From the NCBI GenBank assembly GCA_002104905.1, contig MCFE01000589.1, forward strand, positions 1 through 55,366: DNA of 55,366 bases. Direction: 5' to 3'. Positions 40,551 through 51,699 of this stretch are shown here, piece after piece. How positions within the stretch are numbered: position 1 is the first letter of the stretch; each line of letters opens with the position of its first letter. The notes beneath the pieces were generated by a model. That model did no database searches. It saw nothing but the letters and a program-made list of their open reading frames with translations, and was not told the DNA's origin. The DNA comes from Basidiobolus meristosporus CBS 931.73. Taxonomy: Eukaryota; Fungi; Basidiobolomycota. The position numbers and the translations under genes are program-made.

Positions 40551-43500
40551 ATGACAATATCTTCACCCACTTATATACAGCTTGATACAGAACTGTTCAA
40601 CAGATCCAGTTCACGCTCGACGTCACTCTCACCCTCCCCGGTTGATACACCTACTGTCCATGCCGGCAGACCGCGGAATGAATTGTGGGAGCATTTTTTG
40701 AAGGGAGAAAGACGGTCTACCACAAACAAATATGATGCACGCTGTCGCTACTGTGTTGAGAGATTAGGCTTTGATATTGTCCGGCCGGTACGCGGCGAAA
40801 AGAAATTCATGGTTGCCCATCTTAAAAAATGCGAGAATGCTCCAGAAACCCTAAGAACAAGGTACCGTGTTGGAGCAGCACAAAGTCCAGATATTTTCAA
40901 CAGGACCGAAGAGAAGGCAACAGAGCTGAAGCAGGAGTTGAATAAACCGTCCACGAAGAAGCGGAAAATCAACAGTCTTTTGGATTCCGAATGGATACCC
41001 ACTACTATTACTTCTCACGTCCTCAACGAGTTTTTTAACTCATATACAACTCAGCTGGAACAGAAGCCCCAGGCATGCAAGTTCCAACTAGCAGAAGGCT
41101 TCCTTTCATACTACAAAGATCGGATTCCCCCATTTGGCTTCAATGGACTTGGTGAAATCATTTACCGCAGAACCTATAGTCGACTCCGAAAAGACGGGGC
41201 CCGAGAACAATGGTAATCATGATTATGCCCCAGCAATCAGCCACGATTTCGCTAATTTCTGGTGTTAATTTAGGTGGCAAACCGTCAAACGAGTCGTTGA
41301 TGGGACGTTCAATATGCAAAGGAAATGGTGCGAGCGCATGAACTCTGGCTGGGATGAGGAGAAGGTATTTGCAAACACTGTTGACTGGCTTCTAGTTCGC
41401 CCCAGGTTTTAAGTCCAATTTCAACAAAGGCGCAGCGCTCTGCTCAAAAGATGTATGAGCGTATTTTCCACATGAAATTCCTTCCTCCAGGAAGAGGTAA
41501 TAATGTTATACTATGATTGGTTTCCAGTTATTTTGAGTTTAACAATGAATTCCAGGTCTCTGGGCTATGGGGTCACCGCTAACCGAAGAGCGAGGGATAT
41601 ATGCGTCGTTAAATAATTGTGGATTTGTTAGCACAGATTGTATGTGGACCAAGGGATCAACACCTAGCAAACCGTTTTCCTTTTTGATGGATGCCTCCAT
41701 GCTGGGGTATGTGTTACACTTGAATCCCAAGACTCGATTCGTTACTTATATTCGTATTAGGGTTGGCGTTGGATTCGACACAAAAGGCGCCGCCATTGCC
41801 AAAGACCAACAGATACTCGTAACTGGCCCTAATCTCGCTCTTTCCCCTTCCACCTTCGTTATCCCTGACTGCCGAGAAGGATGGGTCAAGTCCGTAGAGT
41901 TGCTCATCGACAGTTACTTTGATCCTAACATGAGCGTACAAGTATGACGAGTCTACAGTGCACACTGAATCCACTTTAACATAGTCTAACGCAAGCTTTG
42001 ATGCATTAGGAATTCAAATATCATTGCATACGCCCGGAAGGCACCCCTATCAAAGGATTCGGAGGACAGTCCTCCGGGCCACAGTCCCTGATGGAGCTGC
42101 ATCAGCGCATACGCGAAGCTCTTGACAGGAATATTGGCGCCCCGATCTCTGTAACCACGATTGTAGACATAATGAATTTGATTGGAAAATGCGTCGTCAG
42201 TGGAAACGTAAGTGCGACCCTGATACTCTGTGCTTCGGCAGAGTATCTAACCGTTTCCTGGTCAATATTATTTATATTATATTTACAGGTTAGGCGTAGC
42301 GCAGAAATTGCATTTGGTGACCCATTCGATGAGGAGTACATTGATTTGAAAAATTATGAGGTGAATCCGCATCGTTGTGAATATGGATGGACCAGCAATA
42401 ACTCGGTAGGGTACAGCATCTCATGTATCGTTGTTTCGGTATATTAATCCCGATCCTCGTAGGTGTTTGCCAAGATCGGTATGGACTACCACAACATTTG
42501 CAAGCGCGTGGTCTCCAATGGAGAGCCCGGTTTTTCTTGGCTAGAAAACGCAAAGGACTACGGAAGAATGGGCGACCCCATGGTAATGAGAGATATACCA
42601 TCTACATTATCCTGCATATCACTTACCATTCCCATTACCAGACAAAGCGAGACTATCGTGCTCAAGGCGGCAACCCATGCCTTGAACAGACTTTGGAATC
42701 CTTTGAGCTTTGCTGCCTTGTAGAGGTTTTCCCCAATAATCATTCTTCAATGGAGGATTTTCTGGGAACGTTGGAATCGGCATTTCTTTATGCAAAGACA
42801 GTCACTCTTGGAACAACACATTGGCCAGAGAGCAACAGAGTGATGATGAGAAATCGGCGAATCGGGACTGGGTTAAGTGGCATTGCACAATTTATTAGCA
42901 AAAAAGGCACGCCCCAACGTTCTGTACATATTGCGCGCTACAAAGCTGTTAACCATATGACATGACTTGCAGGGATTGAAGAGCTCCGGATATGGTGTGA
43001 GAGTGGATATAAGCATCTTTCAGAAGTGGATAAGCAGTAAGTATCCATACATCGGTGGTGCATTCTATTAACAACCATACTAAATTGCTATCTTGTTTTA
43101 GGCTGTGTGAATGGTTGTGCATCCCCCAATCAATCAAGATTAGCACAGTTAAACCGAGTGGAACTGTATCTCTTCTAGCCGGAGGTACGTTATTAACTTT
43201 CTTTACATATCTCAATTCCATGAACCTCATCCTCATTCATGGTTGTAGCGACCCCTGGATTACATTATCCAGAAAGTAGATTTTGTATTCGTCGTGTGCG
43301 CCTGTCTAAACTGTCTGAAATGGTAGACCCTTTCAGAGAGGCGGGATACAGAATAGAACCTGACGTTGGTAAGTATATATAATCGACACGCTCCAACTTT
43401 CTAATATACAAGTCTAATCCTTACTCAAATTGCGATCTTGAAGTCGATCCCAATACACTGGTAATAGAAATTCCTATTGATCATGGTGAAGGAGTGAGAT

Positions 43501-43988
43501 CTCTAGCCGAAGTAACAATGTGGGAGCAACTCTCCTTGGCAGCCTTTATGCAGAAATATTGGTCCGATAACCAGGTCTCATGCACCATCACATTCGATCC
43601 TGAGTCTGAGGGGCCTCAACTGAAGCATGCGCTTAATTTCTTTCAGTATCAATTGAAAGGAGTTTCATTCTTGCCCAGGATCGCGATGGGCGCTTATTCC
43701 CAGATGCCGTACGAAGCCATATCTGAAATGAAGTATTATCAACTAACTTCAAGTATAACCAGACCAGGTCCAAAAAGTCCCAGTTTGACACGCCTGTTAC
43801 TAAATCCACAGTGCTTGACTGCACCTGATCTTCGGAATGTCGAAGGAGATACCACTGTCGACCCAGAAATCGAGAGGTTTTGTGATTGGAGTCCATACAT
43901 GCTCGAAACTACCTGTCCTGGCACAGGGTTGGTAATGAATGTCAACGGGCTTGAAGAACATAGATTACCCACAAATACTAGATTTTAG
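40551..43988 (+). CDS. Class II (adenosylcobalamin-dependent, monomeric RTPR-type) ribonucleotide reductase with N-terminal BED zinc finger, about 13 exons
   Basis: PPFGFNGLGEIIYRRTYSR; MKFLPPGR|GLWAMG; LNNCGF; GVGVGFDTKG; IPDCREGWV; VVSGN|VRRSAEI; WTSNNS; NGEPGF; catalytic GGNPCLEQ and ELCCLVE; RIGTGLSG; TVKPSGTVSLLAG|ATPG; KYWSDNQVSCT; ERFCD. Exon 1 also encodes W-x2-F...CRYC...HLKKC. Confidence 0.93.
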
Positions 43989-44457
43989 AATGTACTCTAC
44001 CCTACTCGATACTGAATTACTAGAAAACGACCGATTTTGGAGCAGTAATATCTTTCAAAGGATACCAAAAACCTCGATACCTCTAAATGAGGGATTGTAT
44101 GAGGAATTGTGATATTTTACCGCAATTCGTACGCATTCCACTGTACATTTCGTCAATATTCTGTCATTAAATATTTGGATTTACCCTGATTTGTAATAGT
44201 AGCACTTGAAAGTACCCAATTGCCCGTTCATAGCATGTATAATTCCCACCTATTATCTTGCATTGATTCTTTTTTTTAGAAAGGGGACCAGGTTTTTTTG
44301 TAGAATAGCTGCGTTCAATGAGGGGAAGGTGATCAAATTTTACGCGCTTCACCCACTTCCGGTTCAGCGGAGTAAAGTGAAATACTATTTATACACATAT
44401 TACTCACACCCACGCCCGCACCCGCACTTACCTCATCAAATAATAGACCCAACTAAT

Positions 44458-44940
44458 ATGGCTTTAGACGATCGCACAAAGGCTCTACTCTCCACTTTCT
44501 TGCTGTTGTGGATGAAGAATAACGAGCTGATCTGCAATCAAACCTATGTTGATTCCTCGAGCGATTCGGAAAGCGACTTCTCCACCGATTATTCAGACGA
44601 CGAGGTGGCTAGCGTGGAGGATCTATCTGACACCGAGGAGAAGTTATTCGAGGAGTACCGCAGTCTACAGGAGCAGCACAAGAAAATGGAACAAAAGGCC
44701 CGTTTAGCCCAAGAGCTAGAAGCAGCACAGAACGCCGAAATCAAGATCGAAACCGAAACTGAAACCAACCACCAACTACTAGAGGAGAAGGTGGTTCAGG
44801 AGGGTGAGGGAGGGGGTCAGGGCGAGGAAGATGCAGCCAACGCCAGTGTCCTTCAAAAGCGGAGTATGCTTCTAGATGAAGAGGACTACGACGAGCCGCT
44901 GGAGAGTGAAACCAAGAAAAGAAGAATGGAACTCCTCTAG
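44458..44940 (+). CDS. Hypothetical acidic/coiled-coil protein (160 aa)
   Basis: ATG at 44458; gene-like codon use; Ser/Asp tract, coiled coil and C-terminal KKRR; no recognisable domain. Confidence 0.6.
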   Translation: MALDDRTKALLSTFLLLWMKNNELICNQTYVDSSSDSESDFSTDYSDDEVASVEDLSDTEEKLFEEYRSLQEQHKKMEQKARLAQELEAAQNAEIKIETETETNHQLLEEKVVQEGEGGGQGEEDAANASVLQKRSMLLDEEDYDEPLESETKKRRMELL

Positions 44941-45516
44941 ACCTTGCGTATGGCTCATACCCACTGCCCTGAAGTGCGCATAGAACTAGTTTTGTGCAGA
45001 AACATTTTTCCAACCAATTTCCTTGAATTCGTCTCTTCTCCATCCACACACCGGATTGTTTATCGCGTCTGTACATTCCTAACCTGGTACCACACTTTCT
45101 ACGCCGAGATGGTGGTGAGTACGGATTTGGTGGGGGTATCAATATTATTGACATGGTCTTTTGTATTCTCTCTTCGACAGAAATCTACCTTCTGTGTAAT
45201 ATAAACCAGTATTTTTATGAATGCAAAACCAAGCTTGATTTACTAACCCTAAGAAGAACGGGTGCTCTGACTGGTGGGATTTGTTGGATTCGTGAATCAC
45301 GTTCATGTTCTGGCCGAGGGGCTGTTCAATAGTCGCCCGTTACTATAACAAAATACTGGTTTGATGAAATCGAAATTTCCATGTAGAATTGAGGGATGAG
45401 TGGAGATAAATTAGTTCATAAATAAATCCCTTGGCTTGTCAACTTGATTGAACTTGTTGGTCCTCAGTCGCTTTTGTCAAGGAACGCACCCATCTGTTTT
45501 GAGAGTTGCCTTTACT

Positions 45517-46278
45517 ATGGAGCTCCCACATATTGGCAAGAACTGCGCACTAAACGACTGTCATCAATTAGGTAAGTCTTTGAGTACTATGCGCGTCTTC
45601 GAACATCCCATTCACGGTCAAATTCGTTGGAGCCAGACTTTTTACCGTACAAGTGTCATTTGTGTAAACGCGACTTCTGGTAACTTCATTAGAGAAAGCT
45701 CGTCTCTTTCAATTGGTTGCTTATTACTGTTTGCGACTACCGATGGAAGTCAGGATCATTGGAGACCTGAAAACCATCAGTGTCAGTACGAATCGGAGGT
45801 TAGCGATGTGAGGGTTCCGGTTTGCCCACTGTGTGCCAAGCCCGTGCCGGTGAACAAGGGAGAGAATCCCAATCGACGGGTAGCTTGAACGCTTCTATGG
45901 ATTCACTAGCCCCTATACTAACCACTTCCCAAGATTGACGAGCATATTAGAAAGGGATGCATAGAGCCAGCTACCACTACAGACAGGTCACCAGCCTACA
46001 AGAATGTATGCTCTTACCGTACATGTAAAACCAAGGTGCTAGTTTCGGCAAAGTGTCCCTCCTGCCATAAGCAGTACTGTTTGAAGCATCGCTTTGAAAC
46101 CGATCACGATTGCACCAAAGACGCCAAAACCGGAGGTACAGTATCCAGCATCCAAGTGCAATCATACTGAAGTGGATATCTTATCTTACATCTCATAGGC
46201 ACTAGTAAGGCACCCAAGCGGGCACTATTTCACGGGTACTTGAGTCTTGCAAAAGCCCATTTTTCTGAGCTGCGTTAA
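45517..46278 (+). CDS. AN1-type zinc-finger protein (ZFAND2/AIRAP-like), multi-exon
   Basis: MELPHIGKNCALNDCHQL|DFLPYKCHLCKRDFC|QDHWRPENHQC; VPVCPLCAKPVP; |IDEHIRKGC; second AN1 CSYRTC...CPSCHKQYCLKHRFETDHDC. Confidence 0.88.
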
Positions 46279-46687
46279 CCACCAAACCTCCACTCAATAT
46301 TAGGACAAAATCTGGCCAGCCATCTAGCCAGCCCAATCCACGTCAAGAGGTAGGGGATTTGGCACTTGCGTATTTAGGCATTCACTCACTCTTCATATTT
46401 AGCACCAAAAACCCGGGAAAGCCAAGAACAAAGGGTGTATCATCAGCTAATATTCTCATTCCATTATATTACAATCACGCATACATTAATCAATTTTGTC
46501 AACGTTAATAAACCCATTTCAACTCGCAACTCGCAACTCGCATCACTGATCGCAGAATATTCGAGGTAGAAGGAAACGTTGATTTTAGGCAACGCGCTAA
46601 TCCAAGGATTGGCCATCCATATCTCGGATTGTCTTTATCTCGGTGCCTGGAATAAACTTTTTCGATGAAAGAAAACATTGGAAAACC

Positions 46688-46694
46688 TATAAAA
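46688..46694 (+). promoter_or_regulatory. TATA box
   Basis: TATAAAA 38 bp before ATG 46732. Confidence 0.5.
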
Positions 46695-46731
46695 GGTTGC
46701 ACACATGATGGGGATTACTTTTCCTACAAAC

Positions 46732-47347
46732 ATGAAGGGTATCTTGAACTACTCGCTGCTATTCGCCATCTCTGCTCTTGCTGTGAATTGCGAGACCACC
46801 ACGCCCAGTGCCTCCTCGTCCAGCGTTCACACCACAGCTAGTAATATTATCGTTTAACTTTTCTTGCCTGGAAGTTACTAACATTGCGTTGACAGCCCCG
46901 GTAGCACAGTCCAAATACGAAAAGTGTGTTCAGGAGAGACATTGCACACCAGGTGATGTTAACTGCTTAGCTATATGTGTTGGCGTGCCCAACCCTAGCA
47001 AGGAGCAGACCATCAAGACAACTGAATGTGTCGCCAAGTGTGATAAAAATGACGTCGCACAATATAAAATATGCGTACACAACTGCATAGAAAGTAATTT
47101 CATGGCCAACAACTTGGGCAATTCGTCATCTAGCTCGACTGCTGCTACCCAGTCCAGCGATAGTACCAGCTCTGGCCACTCCAGTGCTTCCTCTTCCTCT
47201 TCCTCTTCCACTGCGCCAAGCAGTAGCCCCAGCAGCTCCGATAAAGATAAGGAAGATAAAGATCACAAGAGCGGCTCGGCTCCAGGTCTCATGATCCCTA
47301 CCATGGCCATTCTAGGTGCTTTGAGCGTTGCCCTGGCAATGATCTAA
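46732..47347 (+). CDS. Secreted Cys-rich / Ser-rich cell-surface protein, probably GPI-anchored, 2 exons
   Basis: Signal peptide MKGILNYSLLFAISALAVNC; 8-Cys domain (CVQERHCTPGDVNCLAICVGVPNP...ECVAKC...CVHNC); poly-Ser stalk; hydrophobic C-terminus. Confidence 0.8.
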
Positions 47348-48640
47348 GTTGAACCCTGCACTCTACACATTCAATTGATTGATAATAAACTGCGTTAACA
47401 AATGATGCTCTCACTGTATAAAAGTCACAATTAGCTTCCCTATAGTAGTGTTAAAGGAGACATGGGCAGTTAATCTAGTAGCCAAGAAGAAATTATGTGC
47501 GATGGATATAGCACCTGGATGAACACAAGTGGCTTAGTACTTTTCACTTAATATGTATGGTATTACATTGCAGAAGGTCATGGAAAGATATATGTAAAGT
47601 CTGGGAACTCAAAATTCTTAGTTGTCAAAGTGTATAATCGTAATATATGAGTCAGTCGGTGGTGCTAATCATTTGCAACGTTGTGCATTATATTATCATT
47701 CTTCCCTACAAAAAATAGCAAATTCCATTGGGAACAACGCGAGGCTTAAAAGGTATGATTTGCTCCAGTATCCTTGCTGGTGATATTTATTTTGAATGGT
47801 AGCCAATAAGGTTAAATGTATACCAGTACACCTAGACATATCAATATTCTATTTTTGCCTAGAAATATCATACTGCTGCACTTAGAGCATATTGAGGATA
47901 TAAAATATGTAATCACTGTTTGGTAATGAAAGTTATAGGGGAGTTCGAAACTCCTTCAATAGAGGCACCCCAGCCTAACATAATGTTCCATCCTAATTCA
48001 TAATCATTGGTATGGCTAATTTCTGGTGACTCATTTCCCTGATATAGTAGCGGACGATGCTACGTTGGGTGGATGATTAACTGTAAACCACGTTGACCGT
48101 GTCTTACCTCCACTTATCGACCGAAGTGATACAATCGTTTCTTCCGAGACTCCTAATTTACGAAAGTTATGAATGGTTATAAAAGGTAGTACAAAGCCGT
48201 ATGGGGTTAGAATTTTATCTCTTTGCTTGCTATTTAGAACAAACGTGTTATTTGTTGGTTCACCAGTAAACTGATTCATTTTATTTTGGTCTGTTGTCAT
48301 TGATTATTATTCCCTGAATCTTCATTGCATTTGAGTATACCGTCTACAAAAACTTCTCTCTCCAGCTTTATGGTACCATTGCTAACATTGGTATTTAGCC
48401 TCATTATCATTGATGCCTGTCGACGATCATAAATACTCTATAAATTCAAGGTAAGTTTCAATAATTTCCTCCAGTTCTCCAGAATACTTCCGCTACTTCC
48501 CAAATCTTACTAACCCAAATTTCCAGGATACTGAAAGTATGTGTTTCGATTTCTCAATGTTGACACTGCGAAGTTAGTAATGTGCTGATTCAAATAACCG
48601 AAGCAACATCAAATAGGTGATTTATTCAAGAACATCCTAA

Positions 48641-50286
48641 TCAGCAAGCGCCGAGATCAGTCCAAACATTTTGACTGTTGCTGCCAGGAGTATCATTCTG
48701 AGTCCACCATTTGGCTTGCCAAAGGTGCCCCTTATACACAACCTTTTGTGCTCCATTGTACGCGGTAGCTGCACTCCAATCAGCAACACCGCCACAAATT
48801 CCGGGAGCTGAGGTGGGACTAGGTGACCCAGAAGTGGAGGCAATGCTGGAGGTAGCAGATGGGACAGTAGAGGTCTTGCTGGTGACGGTCGTAGTAGGGC
48901 GTACGGTGGATGTGGGTACTGGTGGAACGCTAGGTGATGGGCATCCTGAACCGGTGCAGCGGACTCCTTGCAGAACATTGAGAAGCTCATCGTTGGAGTC
49001 ATGACTCATATCCCAGTACATCACACCACGAAGACCAGATTGCCTAGTGTAGTCAACCTTGATCTTGAGAGATTGAGGATCATCATAGGAAATGAATCGC
49101 TTGTCACTGGCTCTGAACAACCAGGGAGTCTGAGTGGTGTTGTCCCAGTAACGACTCCAACCACTGGCGGGAGTATTGGGGCCAGATTGGAGAATATCGC
49201 TGCGGATGGACTTCCACTTCCAGATGCCAGAGTAGAATGTCCCTTCGTTACAGAAGGAGTTGGGCTCATTGGCATCATACGAGTCACCCTTTGGTGTCAC
49301 ACTATCCTTCGCAGCATACATATTCCCAGGACTGGAGTTCATATCCACAGTGGCGGTCAGTGAACGACCATAGAACGCCATTCCCATGACAAGCTTGTTG
49401 GCTGGCCATTTGGCTCCGAGCCAATCATTGACAGCTTGGCGGAAAGAGTAGGCATCCCCACCCTTCGCGGTATCATAATCAAATGGAGCATTAGGCCCAG
49501 TGGTGGCTGACCATGAGCCCATGATGTCGTATGCCATGACATTGATGTAGTCAAAGTACTGAGCATAAGCGGACACATCGGCCATTGGCTTACCATCCAC
49601 ACCATCGAATGGTTGAACTCTCACGGCAGCGGTCAATAGCTTGTGTTCATTGGGGAATTCCGCATCAAGAGCAGCTCTGAGCTCTTTGAGAAGAATGAGG
49701 TAGTTGGCACTGTCGTTCTTGTCAACGACGTTACAGATAGCTGCACTTCTACCAGGATACTCCCAATCGATGTCAATTCCATCAAGATCCCAGCCATCTG
49801 GGTTCTCATCGTATTCGGGTTTTGTGTTTTTGCGCACGAAGACAAGTGCATTGTTGATAAACTTCTTACGCAATGCTGCATCTCGTACAATGGTGGAGAA
49901 TGTCTGACTGCCAGTCCAGCCGCCCAATGACATCAGTGTCTTGACACCTTTTGCACTGGCAAGCTGCTTCAGCTTGCGGATTCTAGTGCCATCGTAATAC
50001 CTATCGATGGTGATGGTAGTTGGATCACCAGTCTTTGTAGTCAATACACCAAAGCCTTGAGGGATAATTAGCAAAGCTGTCCCGATGAATCGATTATGGG
50101 TGAGATTCACGAATACTGACCGTAGTTGATATGGGTGACTTTGTCCAAGCTCAGCTGTTCAGGTTCAACTTTGCCCCATGGAACGTAGTAGCCTACAACC
50201 ACTTTATCATCAGCCGCCAAACTCTCTAAAGGAGCAAAAAGTATAGCAGCAGAGATTGTTGAGATTAGGAGAATATTAAGCTTCAT
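48641..50286 (-). CDS. Secreted GH18 chitinase with C-terminal CBM5/12 (ChtBD3-type) module, 2 exons
   Basis: Signal peptide; VVGYYVPW; SLGGW; catalytic LDGIDIDWEYP; YINVMAYD; FISYDD; GVMYW; Ser/Thr linker; CGGVADW..ATAYNGAQKVVYKGHLWQAKWWTQNDTPG. Confidence 0.95.
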
Positions 50287-50422
50287 GATAAGCTCGCTTC
50301 GATGATTTCACTCGGTTTGCAAATACGATGATTTATATAGTTTTTGTCATTACTCAGAGAACCTCGTAAAACTTGTTGCAACAGCTTATGAGAATCCATC
50401 AAAACATGAATACAGCTCAAAA

Positions 50423-51410
50423 TTGACGCATGGCGACACAGCATTTAATATATCTACGGATTGCCTATCACTTCTTAAAGTGTTCATATTAACAACAACC
50501 TACGTGGGATTGAACATGGGTGCACGCGCAGTTCATGTAGGCATCAGGTATGCTCTCTCGTTAGACCCGAACAACCGCTTCTATTACTGTAATACTTGCT
50601 ACTTCTTTCCCTTCTCTAGTAGATACACGTTCCAAGGTAGACGACATTTTGGTAACTGCCACATCCTAAAAGGGTAACTGCCACATCCTGAAAGATTTCA
50701 TTTTGCAGTTTGTTGACACTGTGCGGTATACGAAATAGCAGCATAGCCTGGATGAGGAGAGTGTATGTGACTTGCACTTCATAAGTAAAAGTGGCAAGGT
50801 GCTTTGAACTGACAATTTTTCCAATTTAGGCTTGGTTTCGTTGAACGAAATATATTTGTCCAGCAAGAAACTGGCTTAGTGCAATAAAAGTCTTAATCAA
50901 AATTCCTTGCAAATCCTACATAATCTTACGGTTACTAGTAATATCTAACGTCACATACTTACGGAAACGCTAAAAGGGGTAAAATATATAACTATCTCAT
51001 GGGATTTGTCCAACTATACTCAATGCATCACTGGACTTGAAAGATACATCGGATTCGGTTGTCGATTAATCATTCCATCGTTCGCTTGGTTCGATTTCGA
51101 TACAGTATGCACGCTTATTCCAAATAGCGAGACCTATACCTCTTGTGATACAGCAGTAAGGGTATTTGGCCAAGAGAAAAGTGCCATGAGCAATCTGATA
51201 TCCACTTATAATCCTGGTAATGGGTATTCGAGCAGTACTAGTGTCACACGTAATGGTATTGCTGCTCTAATCCGCAAGGAGTGTAAACAACAGAACTTGA
51301 ATGCGCAAAGATACGTCTGCAGATCTGTAGATCCCACTGCTATAGTTACTGCTGAGTGTAAGCGACAGACCACCAACGCCGGTAGAAAACACTGTGTTTT
51401 ACGTGCATAA
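50423..51410 (+). pseudogene. Probable disrupted gene of unknown family (Cys-containing)
   Basis: Removing one copy of the 22-bp duplication joins ORF 50423-50677 to a downstream frame that runs, with four stops, into ORF 51006-51410. Confidence 0.35.
50651..50694. repeat. 22-bp tandem duplication
   Basis: GGTAACTGCCACATCCTAAAAG / GGTAACTGCCACATCCTGAAAG (1 mismatch). Confidence 0.9.
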
Positions 51411-51699
51411 CATTGAGATGTTAATCATCCATTAATCTGGTCTTGCAATGAAAGAACCATTGGCTATGCAACAATAAATCTCTAATATGGGAATATCGAG
51501 CTTCTAAGCTCCTGATGGATCATTGTTTTAAAAGAAAATATTCATGGTAACACTCATATGTAACTCCAGTTGTAGTTGTGTTCTTATACAAGAAGATATG
51601 CTCAATTACCAGCAGGCGTCAAGTACAGAGTAACCTTATGGTTCAAAAGTAAACCATCAGGATTATCTGCCTTGATTGTTGTGTCTGGTTCACTGTTAA

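Noticed and set aside
42907-42972. Possible GC-AG intron in the RNR gene
   Set aside because: A GT donor at 42919 also keeps the frame (adding 4 aa). This cannot be decided without reads, and GC-AG introns are not novel.
47889-47963. tRNA-like fold: T-arm GGGAG-TTCGAAA-CTCCT with a perfect B-box and a 6-bp acceptor-like pairing TATTGA/TCAATA
   Set aside because: No A-box, G8-G9 instead of T8-A9, a 3-nt D loop and a 6-nt mismatched anticodon loop. The opposite strand reads like decayed coding sequence, so chance is likely; tRNAscan-SE would settle it.
48031-48560. 89-aa ORF and stop-interrupted frames downstream of the chitinase
   Set aside because: Could be a decayed gene or gag relic, but no motif is strong enough to call.
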